From an uncultured virus (IMG/VR IMGVR_UViG_3300025605_000006) (lineage: Duplodnaviria; Heunggongvirae; Uroviricota; Caudoviricetes): a stretch of DNA of 64,000 bases. The stretch is from IMG/VR virus record IMGVR_UViG_3300025605_000006; one strand, written 5' to 3'. Position 1 is the stretch's first letter. Every line of letters starts with the position of its first letter. Both the position numbers and the translations under genes were made by a program. The notes under the pieces were generated by a model. It made no database searches. It saw only the letters and a list, made by a program, of their open reading frames with translations, and was not told where the DNA came from. Positions 9,801 through 18,344 of this stretch are shown here, in pieces.

Positions 9801-11468
9801 CTGTCCACACTTGAACTTGAGCCGGGAATGGACCTGCCAAACTTTGCATTGGAGTTCAAGTCAATTGGGGAGCATTTCGAGCATGCCTACCAGTGGGGGT
9901 TCTTCGCTGGAGACGGGTTCATGGATGGAGACCAGGCGCTAGCCCTCGTGCAGGAGCCAGAGTCTGAGGTCCTACTCCCAGCACTAGCGGGAGTAGAGAG
10001 AGCGTGGCAGCACCCAGAGGGTTATTCGCATCCCTTCACGAGGGTGAACGTCTCCGAGTACATTTCCAGTGAAGAGGGCAGACGGCTTAGGAACTCCAGC
10101 GAGGGCCTCCCAGATGAAGTGTTCCAATGGGATGCTGACTCTGTGGCTGACTTCATGGCTGGATGGATCGACGCTGACGGGTCCGTTCGCAGGAACCCAC
10201 GGTCCCAACACCTCATCTTGCATGGTTCCGAGAAGAAGTTGCGAGACGCCCAGATTCTGCTGAGGCGTTGCGGTGTGAACGCTGCCTCAGTACATTTGGA
10301 GGCTCCAGCGGGAGCCATTACCAACAAGGGGAGACGCACGAGGGACCTGTACGCCTTGCGTATTCCAGCTCACGAGTGCGCGATGATTCCGACAAAGTTG
10401 AAGGTTGTCGAGAACCGTCCCGACGTGGGGTCCATGGAAAACAACGCTCACCCTGATGGCAGGCCTATCTCATTGATTCGAAAGCAGAAGGTCGTTTCCG
10501 TTGAGTTGGTCGATGTGGGGAGAGACACATTCTGCTTTACGGAGCCCGTGAAGCACATGGGCGTTTTTGGCAATGCCCTGACCTATCAGTGCCTTGCCGA
10601 GACGTACATCAATAATGCTGAAGGCATGGATGACTGGTTGGCTACATGTAAGGTGGCCATGTTGTACGCCAAGACGGTAACCCTACTCCCCACCCCTTGG
10701 GCCGAAACGAATGAAGTCATTGTCAGGAATCGACGCATTGGCGTCTCGACTACCGGCACTGCTGAGTTTGTTGAGAAGCAAGGTTGGGACACACTCAAGA
10801 ATTACTTGTCCGAGGGGTACGAGTACCTGAAGGAAAAGGACACTCAGTACTCGGAGTGGCTTGGAGTGCGTCAGTCCATTCGCTTGACAACCTCTAAGCC
10901 TGCTGGTTCCACATCCTTGCTTGCTGGCACTTCTCCGGGGGTCCACTGGCCTACGAATGCAGGAGTCTTCTTGCGTAGGATGAGGTTCCATAGGAATGAT
11001 CCGTTGGTGTCCATTCTGGAGAAGTCCAAGTTTCTTGTTGAACCAGACTTGAATGATCCAAATTGGACGGTCGTTGCGGAGTTTCCCGTGGATGGCTTGG
11101 ACATGAGGTCGGAGCATGAAGTTTCGATTTGGGAGAAGGCCGAGTTGGCTGCCTTTGTGCAGATGTGGTGGGCAGACAATGCTGTATCCGTGACCGTGAC
11201 CTTCAGTAAGGATGAGGCAGATCAGATCTACCCTCTTCTCCGTTCAAAGGCTGGACAGTTCAAGACGATCTCCTTCTTGCCGCCACAGGACGAAGGTGGG
11301 TACGCTCAGGCTCCGTTTGAGGTGTTGTCAGCGGAGGAAGCGGAGCGTATACGCAAGGGACTCCGTAAGGTGAACCTGAAGGCCGTCTATGACTCTGGCA
11401 AGACCGCAGATGCTTCAGATAGCCGCTTCTGCGATACTGAGGCATGCGAGATCGACCTGTCTGGCTGA
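6900..11468 (+). CDS. nrdJ: class II (adenosylcobalamin) ribonucleotide reductase precursor with three inteins; spliced product about 678 aa
   Basis: PPGRGMWAMG, FDYSLVRPAGAPLKTFGGTASGP, GGARRSA, NPC/AE, RRIGVS, KPAGSTSLL, C-terminal CDTEAC. Confidence 0.95.
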   Translation: MSEFLSFRLSDSFVEQYANKSIPWGFNIHEGLSLGELTYISKYSRIKDDGTKERWHETCRRVVEGMFSIQKDWCRGQRTPWNDHKAQKAAQDAYDRMFNFKWTPPGRGMWAMGTEMTVGNSNSAPLYNCFDGETLALTTRGWKTLRSLSGTTPTLLSRGGKWIEAPVSSFGEEELWEVTVKGAGETLSFLTTENHRWFVKGKQESGGSSADYREVSTRDLRPAHVLQEVYEQGVNSTSEESWTVVNVECTGRRAEVFCATVPDEAAFVIEGNILTGNCAWISTEKITSHSKYEATLPFVRLMDMSMNGIGVGFDTKGAGNITLHEPSGEPEVFVVPDTREGWADSVGHLLVTFFLAGQKPVEFDYSLVRPAGAPLKTFGGTASGPGPLQSLHESVRRLLSDREGEPLTSRDIVDIQNLIGKAVVAGGARRSAELALGSPDDEDYINLKNWNLPENAERTGPDGWSWNSNNSVAAEVSTDLSHIIESNIVNGEPGIVWLDVARSRGRLADPPDNKDYRVTGVNPCVTGDTWVLTSNGARKVVDLLDSPFTAVVDGQEYASPTGFWKTGEKDVFKVVFTDGRELRLTDNHQLLRADGQWVELADLEAGDAIKVHRHGSYSWDGPGSESEGYMLGHLIGDGTFDDARAYLACWPDHDNGSGAVMATLLEDVEALGVGPTFKGWVKTSNQYRLGTAGLTNLADKFGVFRGNKTITDKIEEGSSDFTAGVLAGLFDTDGSIQGTQTKGVSVRLTSIDRDMLGAAQRMLGRLGINSTIYFRRETSEVLLPDGRGGSALYQRQPLWELIVSRENLSVFADRIPMRNPVKAAKLRDRLAAYNRPLHRDSFESVIAAIDPDGTEEVYDATVEGVHAFDANGLWAHNCAEIPLESHELCCVSGETRIQTKTGAPRIEDVVDQEVEVWNGESWSKVRPFLAAHNKALYRVTLSDGSQLDVTDNHEWSAKRPTERSFKKLSTLELEPGMDLPNFALEFKSIGEHFEHAYQWGFFAGDGFMDGDQALALVQEPESEVLLPALAGVERAWQHPEGYSHPFTRVNVSEYISSEEGRRLRNSSEGLPDEVFQWDADSVADFMAGWIDADGSVRRNPRSQHLILHGSEKKLRDAQILLRRCGVNAASVHLEAPAGAITNKGRRTRDLYALRIPAHECAMIPTKLKVVENRPDVGSMENNAHPDGRPISLIRKQKVVSVELVDVGRDTFCFTEPVKHMGVFGNALTYQCLAETYINNAEGMDDWLATCKVAMLYAKTVTLLPTPWAETNEVIVRNRRIGVSTTGTAEFVEKQGWDTLKNYLSEGYEYLKEKDTQYSEWLGVRQSIRLTTSKPAGSTSLLAGTSPGVHWPTNAGVFLRRMRFHRNDPLVSILEKSKFLVEPDLNDPNWTVVAEFPVDGLDMRSEHEVSIWEKAELAAFVQMWWADNAVSVTVTFSKDEADQIYPLLRSKAGQFKTISFLPPQDEGGYAQAPFEVLSAEEAERIRKGLRKVNLKAVYDSGKTADASDSRFCDTEACEIDLSG
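7284..7730 (+). mobile_element. mini-intein 1 in nrdJ (149 aa)
   Basis: LYN|CFDGETL...TTENHRW...ILTGN|C; no endonuclease domain. Confidence 0.9.
8469..9530 (+). mobile_element. intein 2 in nrdJ with LAGLIDADG homing endonuclease (354 aa)
   Basis: NP|CVTGDT...LTDNH...LGHLIGDG...LAGLFDTDG...VYDATV...WAHN|C. Confidence 0.95.
9567..10589 (+). mobile_element. intein 3 in nrdJ with LAGLIDADG endonuclease and C-terminal Gln (341 aa)
   Basis: ELC|CVSGET...VTDNHEW...GFFAGDG...MAGWIDADG...GNALTYQ|C. Confidence 0.9.
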
Positions 11469-11533
11469 CTTCGCGAAGATCTCGGAAGTAGGATTCGGTA
11501 TCGGAACTTTCTTCGACTAGAGATTGGACACCC

Positions 11534-12016
11534 TTGAGTAATATCACGGTAAGACTTGGAGACTTGTTGGATGTGGAATCTGGAATTCTTGTCCATCAGG
11601 TGAACTGCAAGGGAGTGATGGGCGGGGGAGTCGCTCTGGCACTGAGGAACCGTTACCCCGAGGTTTTCCAGAGCTATGCGAACATGGTTGAGCGAAGCAA
11701 GGACTGCAACTCTTTGCTGCTTGGGAAGATCGACATTGTTCAGATTGAGGATAACCCTGAACTCGTGGTTGTCAATCTGTTTGGACAGAATCGGTATAGC
11801 CGCAATGGTCGAATGACGGAGTATGGGGCTGTTCGATCGGGCTTTTCCAAGCTAAACTCTGTTATCGAAAACTCCAATAGCTTTCCTCTTGCGGGTAGGG
11901 ATATTCATATCCCTTTCCTGATGGGTTGCGGGTTGGGCGGGGGCGACTGGGAGATTTACAGGCGTATCGTCCAGGAGGAACTGGAAGGATGTAGGGTGAC
12001 TGCCCACAAGCTCTAG
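11534..12016 (+). CDS. macrodomain (ADP-ribose processing) protein
   Basis: GDLL, VHQVNCKGVMGGGVA, NLFGQ, IPFLMGCGLGGGDW. Confidence 0.9.
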   Translation: MSNITVRLGDLLDVESGILVHQVNCKGVMGGGVALALRNRYPEVFQSYANMVERSKDCNSLLLGKIDIVQIEDNPELVVVNLFGQNRYSRNGRMTEYGAVRSGFSKLNSVIENSNSFPLAGRDIHIPFLMGCGLGGGDWEIYRRIVQEELEGCRVTAHKL

Positions 12017-12198
12017 TGATTGTTTGCTCGTGTCAAGGTATCACCTCATCAGAGGTAGAAGAGGCCGCTGCTTCCAGTGGTGACTCTCTTGTTGCCTTGT
12101 TGAGGGAGCTGCCCGCATGTCGCGGGTGTGGTTCCTGTGCTCCACTTCTCGTGGAGTTGTTTTCTAACCTGAAAGAGAGTGAAGTTGATAAGTCCTGA
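12016..12198 (+). CDS. BFD-like [2Fe-2S] ferredoxin
   Basis: IVCSCQGIT...CRGCGSC (CxC...CxxC). Confidence 0.8.
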   Translation: MIVCSCQGITSSEVEEAAASSGDSLVALLRELPACRGCGSCAPLLVELFSNLKESEVDKS

Positions 12199-13165
12199 AG
12201 GTCAAAGTGCCATTGACAAGATCCATAAGCAGTTTGGGTCCACTTCTTTGATGCGAATGGGTGACCGCCCAGAGCTAGAGATTGAGTCCCTGTCCACGGG
12301 GAACATTTCTATTGATTTGGCTCTAGGGATCGGTGGGTTCCCGCGTGGGCGGGTAGCTGAAGTGTACGGACCTGAATCCTCAGGAAAGTCCACCCTGATG
12401 CTGCATACCGTTGCGGAGGCTCAGAAGTTGGGCAAGGAAGTTGCCTACATCGATGCTGAACACGCCTTGGACCCCGGATATGCCGAGGCTCTGGGGGTTG
12501 ACGTTGCTTCGATTTTTATAGCTCAGCCGACAACCGGGGAGGAGGGTCTGGAGATTGTGGACTCCTTGGCTGCGACTCGGGATTTTCCTCTGATCGTTGT
12601 CGATTCAGTGGCAGCGCTCACCCCGCGGGCCGAGCTGAAGGGGGAGATGGGGGACTCTCATATCGGTGCCCAGGCCCGTATGATGTCTCAAGCCATGAGG
12701 AAGATCGTCGGCAACGTCCACGAGACGAACACGACTGTCCTCTTCGTGAATCAGCTCCGCGAGAAGGTGGGGGTAATGTGGGGATCCCCAGAGGTAACCC
12801 CAGGAGGTAGGGCTCTAAAGTTCTATTCTTCAGTTCGTATAGATATTCGTAGGATCGAGAATGTGAAGGATGGCAGTGAGGTCCTCGGCTCTAAGGTGCG
12901 TGTGAAGGTCGTGAAGAACAAGGTGGCCCCACCGTTCAAGCAGGCTGAAGTTGATGTCGAGTTCGGTAAGGGATTCCTCCCATCGGTTTCTCTTCTCCGA
13001 GAGGCCTTAAGTCGAGAGCTTGTGCAGAAGAGTGGGTCGTGGTATGCCACTTTGGACGGGGAGAAGATGGGTCAAGGCGAGAGGAATGCTGCTGGATTCT
13101 TGGATGAGAATCCTGAGTTTGCAGCTGAACTCAGGGAGCTTGTTTTGGAGAGGGCTAGAAGCTAG
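12179..13165 (+). CDS. recA: recombinase A
   Basis: GPESSGKST, IDAEHALDP, VDSVAAL, QARMMSQAMRK, NQLREKVG, KNKVAPPF. Confidence 0.98.
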   Translation: MKLISPEGQSAIDKIHKQFGSTSLMRMGDRPELEIESLSTGNISIDLALGIGGFPRGRVAEVYGPESSGKSTLMLHTVAEAQKLGKEVAYIDAEHALDPGYAEALGVDVASIFIAQPTTGEEGLEIVDSLAATRDFPLIVVDSVAALTPRAELKGEMGDSHIGAQARMMSQAMRKIVGNVHETNTTVLFVNQLREKVGVMWGSPEVTPGGRALKFYSSVRIDIRRIENVKDGSEVLGSKVRVKVVKNKVAPPFKQAEVDVEFGKGFLPSVSLLREALSRELVQKSGSWYATLDGEKMGQGERNAAGFLDENPEFAAELRELVLERARS

Positions 13166-13196
13166 ACTGTAGTCGTGTGCACGGAAGTGTCTAGGC

Positions 13197-13631
13197 TTGG
13201 CTAAGCGCCCCTCCTGGAGGAAGAGAAGGCACCTCTACGAGGAGCTTCTCGATAGAGATGGGCCTGTTTGCGCCTTCTGTGGTGTTTTTTTCGAAGAGGG
13301 CCTTCCTAAGCGTCGAATGACCATCGATCACGATGTCCCTTTATCCAGGGGCGGGACCAGCGATTTCAGCAACCTAAAGCTAGCTTGCAGCATTTGCAAT
13401 TCTAGAAAGGGAAGCCGAACGGGTCCCGAGTACCTAAACAGTGATGAACTCAAGGAGAGAGTCGCTTCCATTCAGGGTCAGATGTTGGCGCACAACCATG
13501 CCTCCATCCTCTTCAACAGCACTGGACATTGGTCCTGTCTGTGTGGTGCTGTCGGGGCTGGGTCGGATGACCCGAAGAAGCAGGCATGTAATCTGTACAC
13601 CTATGGAGCTTTCTATCGCCCGACCGGATGA
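13197..13631 (+). CDS. HNH endonuclease
   Basis: CAFCG...TIDHDVPLSRGG...NLKLACSICNSRKG. Confidence 0.9.
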   Translation: MAKRPSWRKRRHLYEELLDRDGPVCAFCGVFFEEGLPKRRMTIDHDVPLSRGGTSDFSNLKLACSICNSRKGSRTGPEYLNSDELKERVASIQGQMLAHNHASILFNSTGHWSCLCGAVGAGSDDPKKQACNLYTYGAFYRPTG

Positions 13632-13956
13632 AGTTCTTTGGTTCGTCCTCCTCTTGGGGCTTGTCTCATACCGTCTCTCGAAGCTTGTAGCGACCGATAA
13701 ATGGTGGGAGCCCCTCAGGGATAGCCTCATCGTCAAGCTTGTCCAGAAGCCCTCTGGGGGCTTCAGGGAGTCAGGAGTGAGGCACGCCCTGTCGTACCTT
13801 CTTGGTTGTCAGGTTTGCGTTGGGGTCTGGGTGTCCTTCCTGTTGGCGGGTCTCTCGCTCGTTGTCGTAGAGATGGACGGGCCACTCACTTTCCTAGTGG
13901 CAGCCTTTGGCATTGCGGGGGCTCAGACCTTCCTGGCGGAGGTGTCAGCACCTTGA
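13603..13956 (+). CDS. membrane protein (DUF1360-like)
   Basis: YRLSKLVATD...PLR...LLGCQVCVGVW; hydrophobic helices. Confidence 0.7.
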   Translation: MELSIARPDEVLWFVLLLGLVSYRLSKLVATDKWWEPLRDSLIVKLVQKPSGGFRESGVRHALSYLLGCQVCVGVWVSFLLAGLSLVVVEMDGPLTFLVAAFGIAGAQTFLAEVSAP

Positions 13957-14510
13957 AGGTCCCAATAATCACTGTTGTTACTCCGGTACTACCTGAACGT
14001 GACCCAAGGCATCTTTTCGAATGTCAACAGTCAGTTCAGGCTCAAACCGTTCCAGTGGACTCACATGAGTTCAAGTTTGATTTTGATCATGATGGCCCTG
14101 GGGCCACACGCAACGCCATTGTTGATTCCGAAGCCTGTAGTGATTCGGAGTGGTTCCTTTTTCTGGACGATGATGATCTCCTTGATGAGGACTTCATTGA
14201 GACTTGCTTGCCTTACTTGTGCGTAAACGACGTCGTATATACGTGGTGTCGCAAGAACTTTGACTACCCAACAGACGTTCCCTTCAATGCTGAAGCCCTG
14301 AAGGGAAACAACTTCATTCCGGTCACATCGCTTGTCCGTGCCAGCAAGTTCCGTGAGGTTGAGGGCTTCGGTGACTCACCTTACGAAGACTGGAAGCTAT
14401 GGTTGAAGCTTCTTGATGCCGGGGCAAGGTTTCACTGCATTCAGCAGAAGAAGTGGACCTACAGGCGAAGTGAGGAAGGACAGAACGCTAAGGACAGGGG
14501 GGTAAGGTGA
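13953..14510 (+). CDS. glycosyltransferase family 2
   Basis: ITVVTP, GPGATRN, FLFLDDDD, EDWKLW; GGAGG SD before TTG. Confidence 0.85.
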   Translation: MKVPIITVVTPVLPERDPRHLFECQQSVQAQTVPVDSHEFKFDFDHDGPGATRNAIVDSEACSDSEWFLFLDDDDLLDEDFIETCLPYLCVNDVVYTWCRKNFDYPTDVPFNAEALKGNNFIPVTSLVRASKFREVEGFGDSPYEDWKLWLKLLDAGARFHCIQQKKWTYRRSEEGQNAKDRGVR

Positions 14511-15241
14511 AGGGCAATCTTACGGTAATCATCCCGTGGCGCGAGGTTTTTCCAACCCTCCCTGAGGAGGTGGAAAAGAACCGCTACCGGAAGAACACAC
14601 TTAACTGGGTTAAGCGTCGTTACGAGATGCTTTTTCCTGATTCGCCCTTCAAGCTGTCCGGCAACCCCGGAGTCGACTTCAATCGCTCCATGTCCATCAA
14701 CCTTGGAGTTGAGTCCACAACTACCGAGTACGTCCTTATAGGTGACGCTGACACCATTCCCCACCCTGAGGCGATCCATGAGGGATTGCGTCTACTGGAG
14801 CTGGGGGCTCCCTGGGTCCTTCCTTACGGTGACGCTGATTACTACAACGCTGATCGGGCCTCATCGGAGTGGATCCTGTCTCTCCCGCCCCACTTTCCAA
14901 TCAACCCCAACAACATAAGTTATGAACATAAGATCAAAGCCTGGTCAGGGCAGGTTCTTTTGAGGGCTAAGGACTTTCTTGATATCGGAGGGTTTGACGA
15001 GAGGTTCGAAGGGTGGGGCTACGAGGACAATGCCTTTACTGTCCAGGCCGACACCCTGTTGGGCGATCACCAGAGAGTTCAGGACGGGTTCGCCATCCAT
15101 ATCTGGCACCCGGTGACGGATCGGACTACGTGGGGGCAGCCACACATTGATAGGAATCGTGCAATGTACCGAGAATATGAGCAATCAGCAGGCAACCCTG
15201 AGATCATGAGGCGGTTGGTTGAGTCGAGGAGGAGAGCATGA
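14507..15241 (+). CDS. glycosyltransferase (GT2 / GT7 C-terminal-like)
   Basis: IIPWR, FNRSMSIN, GDAD, GGFDERFEGWGYED. Confidence 0.85.
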   Translation: MKGNLTVIIPWREVFPTLPEEVEKNRYRKNTLNWVKRRYEMLFPDSPFKLSGNPGVDFNRSMSINLGVESTTTEYVLIGDADTIPHPEAIHEGLRLLELGAPWVLPYGDADYYNADRASSEWILSLPPHFPINPNNISYEHKIKAWSGQVLLRAKDFLDIGGFDERFEGWGYEDNAFTVQADTLLGDHQRVQDGFAIHIWHPVTDRTTWGQPHIDRNRAMYREYEQSAGNPEIMRRLVESRRRA

Positions 15242-16005
15242 GGTACAGCTTTCAGAAGCTAGAGAGTTTCGGAGCCCTGGGTAACCAGCTGTGGCAGATG
15301 GCTGGCACCATTGGTCAGGCCGAGGCTCAAGGGGTCATGCCTGTTTTCCCAAATGATTGGTTCTATAGGCAATTCTTCAGATTCCCTGACAGCTTCTTCG
15401 ACTCCAACTTTGAAGACTGCCTAGACATGGGCGAGGAGTACTTTCAGGACCTGAGTCTCTTCGTCCCCGAAGACATCTCAGGGATGCTGAATCCGAGCCC
15501 CATCACCAGCGATCTCCTGAACTCTATGTACGACATTGAGCTTCCTGAGTTTACAGCTGTCCACGTCCGAAGAGGCAACAACGTCACCCCCCAGTATGCT
15601 TCCCATCACCCTGTGATGCCACTGGAATACTACGAACAAGCCATGGATCGGACGGGTGGCCCATTCATCGTCTTCTCCGACAGCCCTGAGTGGTGCGCTC
15701 AGCAGTCACTTTTCAAGGATTGCCTCTTTGGGGCGGGGCCACCGAAGGGAGTAGATGTCATGTTACTCACCAACGCTCGCCCTCTGGGAAACCAGAACGC
15801 TGTCCTTGACTTGTTCGCCATGTCCTTATGCGACAACATCATCATGTCAAATTCTTCCTTCTCTTGGTGGGCGGCATGGATGAGAGGCCTAGATGGTGAC
15901 CCAACCGTGATCTATCCCAAGAGGTGGTATGGTGAACCCCTTAAGCATATCGATACATCGGTAATGTTTGATAGGTATCACCCGTTAACCTGGACAGCAC
16001 AATGA
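15238..16005 (+). CDS. alpha-1,2-fucosyltransferase-like (GT11)
   Basis: GALGNQLWQ, AVHVRRGN, FIVFSD, IMSNSSFSWWAAW. Confidence 0.88.
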   Translation: MRYSFQKLESFGALGNQLWQMAGTIGQAEAQGVMPVFPNDWFYRQFFRFPDSFFDSNFEDCLDMGEEYFQDLSLFVPEDISGMLNPSPITSDLLNSMYDIELPEFTAVHVRRGNNVTPQYASHHPVMPLEYYEQAMDRTGGPFIVFSDSPEWCAQQSLFKDCLFGAGPPKGVDVMLLTNARPLGNQNAVLDLFAMSLCDNIIMSNSSFSWWAAWMRGLDGDPTVIYPKRWYGEPLKHIDTSVMFDRYHPLTWTAQ

Positions 16006-16649
16006 ATGAATTTTTCGGACTAGGCTTCTTGCTTGAGAACGGTGTCTCCCCCCGCGGCATTCTCCACATTGGGGCGCACTACGGGGAAGAGGCATCACAC
16101 TACAGGGGGTTCGTTGGAGACAACGTAACCTGGGTTGAGGCTCATCCTGATTTTGCTGCCAAGTTGAAGGCCAATCCAGAACTTGGGGGACAGAGGGCGC
16201 ACGAGGCCTGCCTCTTCGATTCAGATGGGGAGGAAGTAGAGTTTTTCGTCACCAAGGACGAGTACGCTTCCTCTCTGTTCAGGCCAGCGTACCACGCTGT
16301 GCAGAACCCGCATGCTCCAGTAACTCATTCGATCAAGGTTTCCACTGTGACGTGGGGATTCTTCTACAACTCCTTGAGCGCAGAAGACCGCGGCGTCATA
16401 GATGGAGCAAACATCCTAGTGCTGGACACTCAAGGGTCCGAGCTTCCCATTCTTCGGAGCATGGAGTCTATCCTCGGCCAGTTTGACGCCATAGTCACAG
16501 AGTATTCCTCAGTTGAGTTTTACCATGGCGGCACTAGACTCACGGAGCTGGATTCTTTCCTGGAAACAGATTGGGTAAGGGTCTATCCTGACGATAGCAT
16601 GACCGAAGCCTTATTTCATGCTGACGCACTTTACCTGAGGCCGAATTGA
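16002..16649 (+). CDS. FkbM-family SAM-dependent methyltransferase
   Basis: ILHIGAHYGEE, LVLDTQGSEL, DALY. Confidence 0.88.
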   Translation: MNEFFGLGFLLENGVSPRGILHIGAHYGEEASHYRGFVGDNVTWVEAHPDFAAKLKANPELGGQRAHEACLFDSDGEEVEFFVTKDEYASSLFRPAYHAVQNPHAPVTHSIKVSTVTWGFFYNSLSAEDRGVIDGANILVLDTQGSELPILRSMESILGQFDAIVTEYSSVEFYHGGTRLTELDSFLETDWVRVYPDDSMTEALFHADALYLRPN

Positions 16650-17521
16650 AGGTCAGGCTTTTCTCGGATTGGGCCTCCTCTAGTACTCTCCTGGAGGAGA
16701 TTTTCGGGCGCTCCCTTTTTGACCCAATAGTCTCCGGGGTGGAGTTCATGGATGGCGGGGACTACGATTTCGCTGTCGTCTTCAATTTCGCTTTCGATGA
16801 GGTGACAACCCCGCCAGAGAGAACAATAGGCTTGGTCCTGGAACCTGAAGAGATCCTGGACGTAATGTATGGAGGCTGGAGGACCAAGGACTTATCGAAG
16901 GTGGGTCAGTACTACAGCTTCACCCCGCTAGATGAACGATTTGACCCTGTCCTTGGCATCGGGGTCCCCTCCGTCCGCCCAGATGTAGCTCTTTTGAGTG
17001 GGTGGGAAGATCGCCCTTATGAAGCATGCTTTATAGCTTCAACGAAGACCTATACGCCTTACCAAAGACTGAGGCGAGAAGTTCTTAGTCTCCTTCTCGA
17101 TACAGACGTAGGTATCCACTTTTACGGGAGGGGGATGACAACGGGAACAGACGAACGCCTTCGTGGCGAGATACCGCCAGGAGGCAAGGGGGAGGTCCTG
17201 AGGAATTACAGGACAGTCATAGATTTTGAAAATTCCCCATGGGCATTGACTGACAAGTTTTTTGATGCTGTCTTCTCTGGGTGTGTCCCGCTGACAAACT
17301 CTTTAGCGGTTCGTGGAATGGGCCTCGATCCAGGGGGGTTCCGGTGGGTTTCCTTCAATGCCACAGCAGGTGAAGTTGTTGATGGTATCCTGGAGGCCCT
17401 TCGTTGCGAGAGGGCTCCTTCTGGGGGCAACTTCCTGAGATTCGCCAGGGGGGATCTCTCGCTTGCTAACTGGATTACTGAAAGGGCTTTAGATGCAGGA
17501 CGTTCTGATCCTTGGAGCTGA
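16646..17521 (+). CDS. glycosyltransferase, GT10 (alpha-1,3-fucosyltransferase)-like
   Basis: KGEVLRNYRTVIDFENS...LTDKFFDAVFSGCVP resembles the GT10 motif. Confidence 0.7.
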   Translation: MKVRLFSDWASSSTLLEEIFGRSLFDPIVSGVEFMDGGDYDFAVVFNFAFDEVTTPPERTIGLVLEPEEILDVMYGGWRTKDLSKVGQYYSFTPLDERFDPVLGIGVPSVRPDVALLSGWEDRPYEACFIASTKTYTPYQRLRREVLSLLLDTDVGIHFYGRGMTTGTDERLRGEIPPGGKGEVLRNYRTVIDFENSPWALTDKFFDAVFSGCVPLTNSLAVRGMGLDPGGFRWVSFNATAGEVVDGILEALRCERAPSGGNFLRFARGDLSLANWITERALDAGRSDPWS

Positions 17522-18344
17522 GGGGCAGGTTGGCTCCGCCTTGACTTCCCACTTGTTGTCCAACGGACACAACGTCGAAGCTTTCGACATGGACCTTGAT
17601 CTTCGTGATGCTGCGAACATCGAGAAGTTGAGCTTCCTGTTGCAGTGGGCTGAGTTCACTTTCTTTTTGGCGTTCGACGTAGGGGGTTCCACCTACCTCA
17701 AAAAGCATCAGTCTTCAGTTGAGTTCCTCGACAACAACGTGCGGATCATGTCCAACTTTGCTGAAGCCCACCAGAGGGCCACGACAGAGGCTGGCAGGCC
17801 CATTCCGTTCATCTTTACATCCAGTCAAATGTCCAGCATGCCATGGTCTCAGTATGGGACCCTCAAGAGGCTGGGGGAGTTTTACACGCAGGCCTTGGGC
17901 GGGTACAATGTTCGTTTCTGGAATGTCTTCGGGAATGAAACTGATCCCGAGAAGTTCCACGTTGTCACTGATTTCATCAACAGCGCCATGAAGGACTATG
18001 TGATCAGGATGAAGACGGACGGGCTAGAGAAGCGTCAGATGCTTCACGCCTTGGACGCTTCCAGAGCCCTGGAGGCACTCATGGAAAATGTTGACAGTCT
18101 GCGGTCGGACCTCTTCTATGATGTCACCAGCTTTGAATGGGTCTCGATTATGGAGATTGCTGAGGAAATCCAGGCCGTGATGGGTCCTGACGTGGTCAGA
18201 GATATCATTGCGGGGGAGGCTTCGGATGAAGTGCAACGCGACTTTGGCAACGAGCCCAGCTCTCCGATTCTGGAGTTCTGGCAACCAACAATGACCCTAA
18301 GGCAAGGCATTGAGGAGGTCCTAAGGGGGGTTGTCCATGTCTAG
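17493..18344 (+). CDS. NAD-dependent epimerase/dehydratase
   Basis: ILGAEGQVG, FTSS, YGTLK (YxxxK), RFWNVFG. Confidence 0.85.
   Translation: MQDVLILGAEGQVGSALTSHLLSNGHNVEAFDMDLDLRDAANIEKLSFLLQWAEFTFFLAFDVGGSTYLKKHQSSVEFLDNNVRIMSNFAEAHQRATTEAGRPIPFIFTSSQMSSMPWSQYGTLKRLGEFYTQALGGYNVRFWNVFGNETDPEKFHVVTDFINSAMKDYVIRMKTDGLEKRQMLHALDASRALEALMENVDSLRSDLFYDVTSFEWVSIMEIAEEIQAVMGPDVVRDIIAGEASDEVQRDFGNEPSSPILEFWQPTMTLRQGIEEVLRGVVHV

Noticed and set aside
3324..13165. Bacterial chromosome origin for dnaB, orn and recA
   Set aside because: They are interleaved with dNMP kinase, HNH genes and phage-type nrdJ, and the window has tail genes and rIIA/B; the gene order is not bacterial
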